Source of the DNA: the human T2T-CHM13v2.0 reference genome, Homo sapiens | Reading direction: 5' to 3' (one strand) | DNA length: 64,000 bases | Assembly: GCF_009914755.1 (NCBI RefSeq) | Contig: NC_060927.1 | Notes under the pieces: model-generated | Told to the model about the DNA's origin: nothing | What the model saw: the letters and a program-made list of their open reading frames with translations, nothing else | The model's database searches: none | Part shown: positions 38,801 through 53,800 of the stretch, piece by piece | Numbering within the stretch: position 1 is the first letter of the stretch | Layout: every line of letters begins with the position of its first letter | Made by a program: the position numbers and the translations under genes

Positions 38801-41800
38801 TACATCAAATATATATTTTATTCTGTACATAAAATATGAAAGTACACCAGATATATATTCTATAGTGTACATAAAATATCAAAGTACCCAAACTATACAT
38901 TATATACTGTACATAAAATATGAAATTACATCAAATATATATTATATTAGGTACTTAAAATATGAAAGTACATCAAATATAGATTATATACTGTACATAA
39001 AATATCAAAGTACCCCAAATATATATTATATACTGTACATGAAATATCAAATTTCACAACTATATATTATATACTGTACATAAAATATCAAAGTCCCCAA
39101 GGTATATATTCTATACTGTACAAAAATATCAAAGTACACAAAGCATGTATTATATACTGTACATAAAATATGAAATTACATCAAATATATATTATATTAG
39201 GTACATAAAATATGAAAGTACATCAAATATAGATTATATACTGTACATAAAATATCAAAGTACCCCAAATATATATTATATACTGTACATGTAATATCAA
39301 AGTTCACAACTATATATTACATACTGTACATAAAATATCAAAGTACCCAAGGTATATATTCTATACTGTACAAAAAATATCAAAGTACCCAAAGCATGTA
39401 TTATATACTGTACATAAAATATGAAAGTACATCAAATATATATTTTATTCTGTACATAAAATATCAAAGTACACCAGATATATATTCTATAGTGTATATA
39501 AAATATCAATGTACCCAAACTATACATTATATACTGTACATAAAATATGAAATTACATCAAATATATATTATATTAGGTACATAAAATATGAAAGTACAT
39601 GAAGTATAGATTATATACTGTACATAAAATATCAAAGTACCCCAAATTTATATTATATACTATACATGAAATATCAAAGTTCACAAACTATATATTATAT
39701 ACTGTACATAAAATATCAAAGTACCCAAGGTATATATTCTATAGTGTACAAAAAATATCAAAGTACCCAAAGCATGTATTATATACCGTACATAAAATAT
39801 AAAATTACATCAAATATATATTTTATTCTGTACATAAAATATCAAAGTACACCAGATATATATTCTATATAGTACATAAAATATCAAAGTACCCAAACTA
39901 TACATTACATACTGTACATAAAATATGAAATTACATCAAATATATATTATAATAGGTACATAAAGTATGAAAGTACATCAAATATAGATTATATACTGTA
40001 TATTAAATACGAAAGTACCCCAAATATATATTTTATACTGTACATGAAATATCAAAGTACCCAAGGTATATATTCTATACTGTACAAAAAATATCAAAGT
40101 ACCCAAAGCATGTATTACAAACTGTACATAAAATATGAAAGTCCATCAAATATATATTTTATTCTGTACATAAAATATCAAAGTACACCAGATATATATT
40201 CTATAGTGTACATAAAATATCAAAGTACCCAAACTATACATTATATACTGTACATAAAATATGAAATTACATCAAATATATATTATATTAGGTACATAAA
40301 ATATGAAAGTACATCAAATATAGATTATATACTGTACATTAAGTACCAAAGTTCCCCAAATATATATTTTATACTGTACATGAAATATCAAAGTTCACAA
40401 ACTATATATTATATACTGTACATAAAATATCAAAGTACCCAAGGTATATATTCTATACTGTACAAAAAATATCAAAGTACCCAAAGCATGTATTATATAC
40501 TGTACATAAAGTATGAAAGTACATCAAATATATATTTTATTCTGTACATAAAATATCAAGGTACACCAGATATATATTCTATAGTGTACATAAAATATCA
40601 AAGTACCCAAACTTTAAATTATATACTGTACATAAAATATGAAATTACATCAAATATATATTATATTAGGTACATAAAATATGAAAGTACATCAAATATA
40701 GATTATATACTCTACATTAAATACCAAAGTACCCCAAATATATATTTTATACTGTACATGAAATATCAAAGTTCACAAAGTATATATTATATACTGTACA
40801 TAAAATATCAAAGTACCCAAGGTATATATTCTATACTGTACAAAAGATATCAAAGTACCCAAAGCATATATTATATACTGTACATAAAATATGAAAGTAC
40901 ATCATATATATATTTTATTCTGTACATAAAATATCAAAGTACACCAGATATATATTCTATAGTGTACATAAAATAACAAAGTACACAAACTATAAATTAT
41001 ATACTGTACATAAAATATGAAATTACATCAAATATATATTAGGTACATAAAATATGAAAGTACATCAAATATAGATTATATACTGTACATATAATATCAA
41101 TGTACCCGAAATATATATTTTATACTCTACATGAAATATCAAAGTTCACAAACCATATATTGTATACTGCACATAAAATATCAAAATACCCAAGGTATAT
41201 ATTCTATACTGTACAAAAAATATCAAAGTACCCAAAGCAGGTATTATATACTGTACATAAAATATGAAAGTACATCAAATATATATTTTATTCTGTACAT
41301 AAAATATCAAAGTACACCAGATATATATTCTATAGCGTACATAAAATATCAAAGTACACAAACTATACATTATATACTGTACATAAAATATGAAATTACA
41401 TCAAATATATATTATATTAGGTACATAAAATATGAAAGTACATCAAATATAGATTATATACTGTACATTAAATACCAAAGTACCGCAAATATATATTTTA
41501 TACTGTACATGAAATTTCAAAGTTCACAAACTATATATTATATACTGTACATAAAATATCAAAGTACCCAAGGTATATATTCTATAGTGTACAAAAAATA
41601 TCAAAGTACCCAATGCATGTATTATATACTGTACATAAAATATGAAAGTACATCAAATATATATTTTATTCTGTACATAAAATATCAAAGTACACCAGAT
41701 ATATATTCTATAGTGTATATAAAATATCAAAGTACCCAAACTATACATTATATACTGTACATAAAATATGAAATTACATCAAATATATATTATATTAGGT

Positions 41801-44800
41801 ACATAAAATATGAAAGTACATGAAGTATAGATTATATACTGTACATAAAATATCAAAGTACCCCAAATTTATATTATATACTATACATGAAATATCAAAG
41901 TTCACAAACTATATATTATATACTGTACATAAAATATCAAAGTACCCAAGGTATATATTCTATAGTGTACAAAAAATATCAAAGTACCCAAAGCATGTAT
42001 TATATACCGTACATAAAATATAAAATTACATCAAATATATATTTTATTCTGTACATAAAATATCAAAGTACACCAGATATATATACTATAGTGTACATAA
42101 AATATCAAAGTACCCAAACTATACATTATACACTGTACATAAAATATGAAATTATATCAAATATATATTAGGTACATAAAATATGAAAGTACATCAAATA
42201 TAGATTATATACTGTAAATATAATATCAATGTACCCCAAATATATATTTTATACTCTACATGAAATATCAAAGTTCACAAACCATATATTATATACTGTA
42301 CATAAAATATCAAAGTACCCAAGTTATATATTCTATACTGTACAAAAAATATCAAAGTACCCAAAGCATGTATTATATACTGTACATAAAATATGAAAGT
42401 ACATCAAATATATATTTTATTCTGTACATAAAATATCAAAGTACACCAGATATATATTCTATAGTGTACATAAAATATCAAAGTACCCAAACTATACATT
42501 ATATACTGTACATAAAATATGTAATTATATCAAATATATATTATATTAGGTACATAAAATAAGAAAGTACATCAAATATAGATTATATACTGTACATAAA
42601 ATATCAAAGTACCCCAAATATATATTATATACTCTACATGAAATATCAAAGTTCACAAAGTATATATTATATACTGTACATAAAATATCAAAGTACCCAA
42701 GGTATATATTCTATACTGTACAAAAAATATCAAAGTATCCAAAGCATGTTTTATATACTGTATATAATATATGAAAGTACATTAAAGATATATTTTATTC
42801 TGTACATAAAATATCAAAATACACCAGATATATATTCTATAGTGTACATAAAATAACAAAGTACACAAACTATAAATTATATACTGTACATAAAATATGA
42901 AATTACATGAAATATATATTAGGTACATAAAATATGAAAGTACATCAAATATAGATTATATACTGTACATATAATATCAATGTACCCCAAATATATATTT
43001 TATACTCTACATGAAATATCAAAGTTCACAAACCATACATTATATACTGTACATAAAATATCAAAGTACCCAAGTTATATATTCTATACTGTACAAAAGA
43101 TATCAAAGTACCCAAAGCATGTATTATATACTGTATATAAAATATGAAAGTACATCAAATATATATTATATACTGTACATAAAATATCAAAGTACACCAG
43201 ATATATATTTTATAGTGTACATAAAATATCAAAGTACCCAAACTATACATTATATACTGTACATAAAATATGAGATTACATCAAATATATATTATATTAG
43301 GAACATAAAATATGAAAGTACATCAGATATAGATTATATACTGTACATAAAATATCAAAGTACCCCAAATATATATTATATACTCTACATGAAATATCAA
43401 AGTTCACAAACTATATATTATATACTGTACATAAAATATCAAAGTACCCAAGGTATATATTCTATACTGTACAAAAAATATCAAAATACCCAAAGCATGT
43501 ATTATATACTGTATATAAAATATGAAAATACATTAAATATATATTTTATTCTGTACATAAAATATCAAAGTACACCAGATATATATTCTATAGTGTACAT
43601 AAAATAACAAAGTACACAAACTATAAATTATATACTGTACGTAAAATATGAAATTACATCAAATATATATTAGGTACATAAAATATGAAAGTACATCAAA
43701 TATAGATTATATACTGTACATATAATATCAATGTACCCCAAATATATATTTTATACTCTACATGAAATATCAAAGTTCACAAACCATACATTATATACTT
43801 TCCAAAAAATATCAAAGTACCCATGGCATATATTCTATACTGTACAAAAGATATCAAAGTACCCAAAGCATGTATTATATACTGTACATAAAATATGAAA
43901 GTACATCAAATATATATTTTATTCTGTACATAAAATATCAAAGTACACCAGATATATATTGTATAGTGTACATAAAATATCAAAGTACCCAAACTATATA
44001 TTATGTACTGTACATAAAATATGAAATTACATCAAATATGTATTATATTAGGTACATAAAATATGAAAGTACATCAAATATAGATTATATACCGTACATA
44101 AAATATCAAAGTACCCCAAATATATATTATATACTCTACATGAAATATCAAAGTTCACAAACTATATATTATATACTGTACATAAAATATCAAAGTACCC
44201 AAGGTATATATTCTATACTGTACAAAAAATATCAAAGTACCCAAAGCATGTATTATATACTGTATATAAAATAAGAAAGTACATTAAATATATATTTTAT
44301 TCTGTACATAAAATATCAAAGTACACCAGATATATATTCTATAGTGTACATAAAATAACAAAGTACACAAACTATAAATTATATACTGTACATAAAATAT
44401 GAAATTACATCAAATATATATTAGGTACATAAAATATGAAAGTACATCAAATATAGATTATATACTGAACATATAATATCAATGTACCCCAAATATATAT
44501 TTGATACTCTACATGAAATATCAAAGTTCAGAAACCATACATTATATACTGTACATAAAATATCACAGTACCCAAGGTATATATTCTATACTGTACAAAA
44601 AATATCAAAGTACCCAAAGCAGGTATTATATACTGTACATAAAATATGAAAGTACATCAAATATATATTTTATTCTGTACATAAAATATCAAAGTACACC
44701 AGATATATATTCTATAGCATACATAAAATATCAAAGTACACAAACTATACATTATATACTGTACATAAAATATGAAATTACATCAAATATATATTATATT

Positions 44801-47800
44801 AGGTACATAAAATATGAAAGTACATCAAATATAGATTATATACTGTACATTAAATACCAAAGTACCCCAAATATATATTTTATACTGTACATGAAATTTC
44901 AAAGTTCACAAACTATATATTATATACTGTACATAAAATATCAAAGTACCCAAGGTATATATTCTATAGTGTACAAAAAATATCAAAGAACCCAAAGCAT
45001 GTATTATATACTGTACATAAAATATGAAAGTACATCAAATATATATTTTATTCTGTACATAAAATATCAAAGTACACCAGATATATATTCTATAGTGTAT
45101 ATAAAATATCAAAGTACCCAAACTATACATTATATACTGTACATAAAATATGAAATTACATCAAATATATATTATATTAGGTACATAAAATATGAAAGTA
45201 CATGAAGTATAGATTATATACTGTACATAAAATATCAAAGTACCCCAAATTTATATTATATACTATACATGAAATATCAAAGTTCACAAACTATATATTA
45301 TATACTGTACATAAAATATCAAAGTACCCAAGGTATATATTCTATACTGTACAAAAAATATCAAAGTACCCAAAGCATGTATTATATACCGTACATAAAA
45401 TATAAAATTACTTCAAATATATATTTTATTCTGTACATAAAATATCAAAGTACACCAGATATATATTCTATAGTGTACATAAAATATCAAAGTACCCAAA
45501 CTATACATTATATACTGTACATAAAATATGAAATTACATCAAATATATATTAGGTACATAAAATATGAAAGTACATCAAATAGATATTTTATTCTGTACA
45601 TAAAATATCAAAGTACACCAGATATATATTCTATAGTGTACATAAAATAACAAAGTACACAAACTATAAATTATATACTGTACATAAAATATGAAATTAC
45701 ATCAAATATATATTAGGTACATAAAATATGAAAGTACATCAAATAGAGATTATATACTGTACATATAATATCAATGTACCCGAAATATATATTTTATACT
45801 CTACATGAAATATCAAAGTTCACAAACCATATATTGTATAGTGCACATAAAATATCAAAATACCCAAGGTATATATTCTATACTGTACAAAAAATATCAA
45901 AGTACCCAAAGCAGGTATTATATACTGTACATAAAATATGAAAGTACATCAAATATATATTTTATTCTGTACATAAAATATCAAAGTACACCAGATATAT
46001 ATTCTATAGCGTACATAAAATATCAAAGTACACAAACTATACATTATATACCGTACATAAAATATGAAATTACATCAAATATATATTATATTAGGTACAT
46101 AAAATATGAAAGTATATCAAATATAGATTATATACTGTACATTAAATACCAAAGTACCCCAAATATATATTTTATACTGTACATGAAATTTCAAAGTTCA
46201 CAAACTATATATTATATACTGTACATAAAATATCAAAGTACCCAAGGTATATATACTATAGTGTACAAAAAATATCAAAGTACCCAAAGCATGTATTATA
46301 TACTGTACATAAAATATGAAAGTACATCAAATATATATTTTATTCTGTACATAAAATATCAAAGTACACCAGATATATATTCTATAGTGCATATAAAATA
46401 TCAAAGTACCCAAACTATACATTATATACTGTACATAAAATATGAAATTACATCAAAAATATATTATATTAGGTACATAAAATATGAAAGTACATGAAGT
46501 ATAGATTATATACTGTACATAAAATATCAAAGTACCCCAAATTTATATTATATACTATACATGAAATATCAAAGTTCACAAACTATATATTATATACTGT
46601 ACATAAAATATCAAACTACCCAAGGTATATATTCTATAGTGTACAAAAAATATCAAAGTACCCAAAGCAAGTATTATATACCGTACATAAAATATAAAAT
46701 TACATCAAATATATATTTTATTCTGTACATAAAATATCAAAGTACACCAGGTATATATTCTATAGTGTACATAAAATAACAAAGTACACAAACTATAAAT
46801 TATATACTGTACGTAAAATATGAAATTACATCAAATATATATTAGGTACATAAAATATGAAAGTACATCAAATATAGATTATATACTGTACATATAATAT
46901 CAATGTACCCCAAATATATATTTTATACTCTACATGAAATATCAAAGTTCACAAACCATACATTACATACTTTCCATAAAATATGAAAGTACCCATGGCA
47001 TATATTCTATACTGTACAAAAGATATCAAAGTACCCAAAGCATGTATTATATACTGTACATAAAATATGAAAGTACATCAAATATATATTTTATTCTGTA
47101 CATAAAATATCAAAGTACACCAGATATATATTCTATAGTGTACATAAAATATCAAAGTACCCAAACTATATATTATATACTGTACATAAAATATGAAATT
47201 ACATCAAATATGTATTATATTAGGTACATAAAATATGAAAGTACATCAAATATAGATTATATACCGTACATAAAATATCAAAGTACCCCAAATATATATT
47301 ATATACTCTACATGAAATATCAAAGTTCACAAACTATATATTATATACTGTACATAAAATATCAAAGTACCCAAGGTATATATTCTATACTGTACAAAAA
47401 ATATCAAAGTACCCAAAGCATGTATTATATACTGTATATAAAATAAGAAAGTACATTAAATATATTTTTTATTCTGTACATAAAATATCAAAGTACACCA
47501 GATATATATTCTATAGTGTACATAAAATAACAAAGTACACAAACTATAAATTATATACTGTACATAAAATATGAAATTACATCAAATATATATTAGGTAC
47601 ATAAAATATGAAAGTACATCAAATATAGATTATGTACTGAACATATAATATCAATGTACCCCAAATATATATTTGATACTCTACATGAAATATCAAAGTT
47701 CAGAAACCATACATTATATACTGTACATAAAATATCAAAGTACCCAAGGTATATATTCTATACTGTACAAAAAATATCAAAGTACCCAAAGCATGTATTA

Positions 47801-50800
47801 TATACTGTAGATAATATATGAAAGTACATCAAATATATATTTTATTCTGTACATAAAATATCAAAGTACACCAGATATATATTCTATAGTGTACATAAAA
47901 TATCAAAGTACCCAAACTATACATTATATACTGTACATAAAATATGAAATTACATCAAATATATATTAGGTACATAAAATATGAAAGTACATCAAATAGA
48001 TATTTTATTCTGTACATAAAATATCAAAGTACACCAGATATATATTCTATAGTGTACATAAAATAACAAAGTACACAAACTATAAATTATATACTGTACA
48101 TAAAATATGAAATTACATCAAATATATATTAGGTACATAAAATATGAAAGTACATCAAATATAGATTATATACTGTACATATAATATCAATGTACCTGAA
48201 ATATATATTTTATACTCTACATGAAATATCAAAGTTCACAAACCATATATTGTATAGTGCACATAAAATATCAAAATACCCAAGGTATATATTCTATACT
48301 GTACAAAAAATATCAAAGTACCCAAAGCAGGTATTATATACTGTACATAAAATATGAAAGTACATCAAATATATATTTTCTTCTGTACATAAAATATCAA
48401 AGTACACCAGATATATATTCTATAGCGTACATAAAATATCAAAGTACACAAACTATACATTATATACTGTACATAAAATATGAAATTACATCAAATATAT
48501 ATTATATTAGGTACATAAAATATGAAAGTACATCAAATATAGATTATATACTGTACATTAAATACCAAAGTACCCCAAATATATATTTTATACTGTACAT
48601 GAAATTTCAAAGTTCACAAACTATATATTATATACTGTACATAAAATATCAAAGTACCCAAGGTATATATTCTATAGTGTACAAAAAATATCAAAGTACC
48701 CAAAGCATGTATTATATACTGTACATAAAATATGAAAGTACATCAAATATATATTTTATTCTGTACATAAAATATCAAAGTACACCAGATATATATTCTA
48801 TAGTGTATATAAAATATCAAAGTACCCAAACTATACATTATATACTGTACATAAAATATGAAATTACATCAAATATATATTATATTAGGTACATAAAATA
48901 TGAAAGTACATGAAGTATAGATTATATACTGTACATAAAATATCAAAGTACCCCAAATTTATATTATATACTATACATGAAATATCAAAGTTCACAAACT
49001 ATATATTATATACTGTACATAAAATATCAAAGTACCCAAGGTATATATTCTATAGTGTACAAAAAATATCAAAGTACCCAAAGCATGTATTATATACCGT
49101 ACATAAAATATAAAATTACATCAAATATATATTTTATTCTGTACATAAAATATCAAAGTACACCAGATATATATACTATAGTGTACATAAAATATCAAAG
49201 TACCCAAACTATACATTATACATTGTACATAAAATATGAAATTATATCAAATATATATTAGGTACATAAAATATGAAAGTACATCAAATATAGATTATAT
49301 ACTGTAAATATAATATCAAAGTACCCCAAATATATATTATATACTGTACATGAAATATCAAAGTTCACAACTATATATTATATACTGTACATAAAATATC
49401 AAAGTCCCCAAGGTATATATTCTACACTGTACAAAAAATATCAAAGTACACAAAGCATGTATTATATACTGTACATAAAATATGAAATTACATCAAATAT
49501 ATATTATATTAGGTACATAAAATATGAAAGTACATCAAATATAGATTATATACTGTACATAAAATATCAAAGTACCCCAAATATATATTATATACTGTAC
49601 ATGTAATATCAAAGTTCACAACTATATATTACATACTGTACATAAAATATCAAAGTACCCAAGGTATATATTCTATACTGTACAAAAAATATCAAAGTAC
49701 CCAAAGCATGTATTATATACTGTACATAAAATATGAAAGTACATCAAATATATATTTTATTCTGTACATAAAATATCAAAGTACACCAGATATATATTCT
49801 ATAGTGTATATAAAATATCAAAGTACCCAAACTATACATTATATACTGTACATAAAATATGAAATTACATCAAATATATATTATATTAGGTACATAAAAT
49901 ATGAAAGTACATGAAGTATAGATTATATAGTGTATATAAAATATCAAAGTACCCCAAATTTATATTATATACTATACATGAAATATCAAAGTTCACAAAC
50001 TATATATTATATACTGTACATAAAATATCAAAGTACCCAAGGTATATATTCTATAGTGTACAAAAAATATCAAAGTACCCAAAGCATGTATTATATACCG
50101 TACATAAAATATAAAATTACATCAAATATATATTTTATTCTGTACATAAAATATCAAAGTACACCAGATATATATTCTATAGAGTACATAAAATATCAAA
50201 GTACCCAAACTATACATTACATACTGTACATAAAATATGAAATTACATCAAATATATATTATAATAGGTACATAAAGTATGAAAGTACATCAAATATAGA
50301 TTATATACTGTACATTAAATACGAAAGTACCCCAAATATATATTTTATACTGTACATGAAATATCAAAGTACCCAAGGTATATATTCTATACTGTACAAA
50401 AAATATCAAAGTACCCAAAGCATGTATTACAAACTGTACAGAAAATATGAAAGTCCATCAAATATATATTTTATTCTGTACATAAAATATCAAAGAACAC
50501 CAGATATATATTCTATAGTGTACATAAAATATCAAACTACCCAAACTATACATTATATACTGTACATAAAATATGAAATTACATCATATATATATTAGGT
50601 ACATAAAATATGAAAGTACATCAAATATAGATTATATACTGTACATATAATATCAATGTACCCGAAATATATATTTTATACTCTACATGAAATATCAAAG
50701 TTCACAAACCATATATTGTATACTGCACATAAAATATCAAAATACCCAAGGTATATATTCTATACTGTACAAAAAATATCAAAGTACCCAAAGCAGGTAT

Positions 50801-53800
50801 TATATACTGTACATAAAATATGAAAGTACATCAAATATATATTTTATTCTGTACATAAAATATCAAAGTACACCAGATATATATTCTATAGCGTACATAA
50901 AATATCAAAGTACACAAACTATACATTACATACTGTACATAAAATATGAAATTACATCAAATATATATTATATTAGGTACATAAAATATGAAAGTACATC
51001 AAATATAGATTATATACTGTAAATATAATATCAATGTACCCCAAATATATATTTTATACTCTACATGAAATATCAAAGTTCACAAACCATATATTATATA
51101 CTGTACATAAAATATCAAAGTACCCAAGGTATATATTCTATAGTGTACAAAAAATATCAAAGTACCCAAAGCATGTATTATATACTGTACATAAAATATG
51201 AAAGTACATCAAATATATATTTTATTCTGTACATAAAATATCAAAGTACACCAGATATATATTCTATAGTGTATATAAAATATCAAAGTACCCAAACTAT
51301 ACATTATATACTGTACATAAAATATGAAATTACATCAAATATATATTATATTAGGTACATAAAATATGAAAGTACATGAAGTATAGATTATATACTGTAC
51401 ATAAAATATCAAAGTACCCCAAATTTATATTATACACTATACATGAAATATCAAAGTTCACAAACTATATATTATATACTGTACATAAAATATCAAAGTA
51501 CCCAAGGTATATATTCTATAGTGTACAAAAAATATCAAAGTACCCAAAGCATGTATTATATACCGTACATAAAATATAAAATTACATCAAATATATATTT
51601 TATTCTGTACATAAAATATCAAAGTACACCAGATATATATACTATAGTGTACATAAAATATCAAAGTACCCAAACTATACATTATACACTGTACATAAAA
51701 TATGAAATTATATCAAATATATATTAGGTACATAAAATATGAAAGTACACCAAATATAGATTATATACTGTAAATATAATATCAATGTACCCCAAATATA
51801 TATTTTATACTCTACATGAAATATCAAAGTTCACAAACCATATATTATATACTGTACATAAAATATCAAAGTACCCAAGTTATATATTCTATACTGTACA
51901 AAATATATCAAAGTACCCAAAGCATGTATTATATACTGTACATAAAATATGAAAGTACATCAAATATATATTTTATTCTGTACATAAAATATCAAAGTAC
52001 ACTAGATATATATTCTATAGTGTACATAAAACATCAAAATACCCAAACTATACATTATATACTGTACATAAAATATGAGATTACATCAAATATATATTAT
52101 ATTAGGTACATAAAATATGAAAGTACATCAAATATAGATTATATACTGTACATAAAATATCAAAGTACCCCGAATACATATTATATACTCTACATGAAAT
52201 ATCAAAGTTCACAAACTATATATTATATACTGTACATAAAATATCAAAGTACCCAATGTATATATTCTATACTGTACAAAAAATATCAAAGTACCCAAAG
52301 CATGTATTATATACTGTATATAAAATAAGAAAGTACATTAAATATATATTTTATTCTGTACATAAAATATCAAAGTACACCAGATATATATTCTATAGTG
52401 TACATAAAATAACAAAGTACACAAACTATAAATTATATACTGTACATAAAATATGAAATTACATCAAATATATATTAGGTACATAAAATATGAAATTACA
52501 TCAAATATAGATTATATACTGAACATATAATATCAATGTACCCCAAATATATATTTGATACTCTACATGAAATATCAAAGTTCAGAAACCATACATTATA
52601 TACTGTACATAAAATATCAAAGTACCCAAGGTATATATTCTATACTGTACAAAAAATATCAAAGTACCCAAAGCATGTATTATATACTGTAGATAATATA
52701 TGAAAGTACATCAAATATATATTTTATTCTGTACATAAAATATCAAAGTACACCAGATATATATTCTATAGTGTACATAAAATATCAAAGTACCCAAACT
52801 ATACATTATATACTGTACATAAAATATGAAATTACATCAAATATATATTAGGTACATAAAATATGAAAGTACATCAAATAGATATTTTATTCTGTACATA
52901 AAATATCAAAGTACACCAGATATATATTCTATACTGTACAAAAAATATCAAAGTACACAAAGCATGTATTATATACTGTACATAAAATATGAAATTACAT
53001 CAAATATATATTATATTAGGTACATGAAATATGAAAGTACATCAAATATAGATTATATACTGTACATAAAATATGAAAGTACCCCAAATATATATTATAT
53101 ACTCTACATGAAATATCAAAGTTCACAAACTATATATTATATACTGTACATAAAATATCAAAGTACCCAAGGTATATATTCTATACTGCACAAAAAATAT
53201 CAAAGTACCCAAAGCATGTATTATATACTGTATATAAAATATGAAAGTACATCAAATATATATTTTATTCTGTACATAAAATATCAAAGTACACCAGATA
53301 TATATTCTATAGTGTACATAAAATATCAAAGTACCCAAACTATACATTATATACTGTACATAAAATATGAAATTACATCAAATATATATTATATTAGGTA
53401 CATAAAATACGAAAGTACATCAAATATAGATTATATACTGTACATAAAATATCAAAGTACCCCAATATATATTATATACTGTACATGAAATATCAAAGTT
53501 CACAAACTATATATTATGTACTGTACATAAAATATCAAAGTACCCAAGGTATATATTCTATACTGTACAAAAAATATCAAAGTACCCAAAGCATGTATTA
53601 TATAATGTACATAAAATATGAAAGTACATCAAATATATATTTTATTCTGTACATAAAATATCAAAGAACACCAGATATATATTCTATAGTGTACATAAAA
53701 TATCAAAGTACCCAAACTATACATTATATACTGTACATAAAATATGAAATTACAGCAAATATATATTATATTAGGTACATAAAATATGAAAGTACATCAA

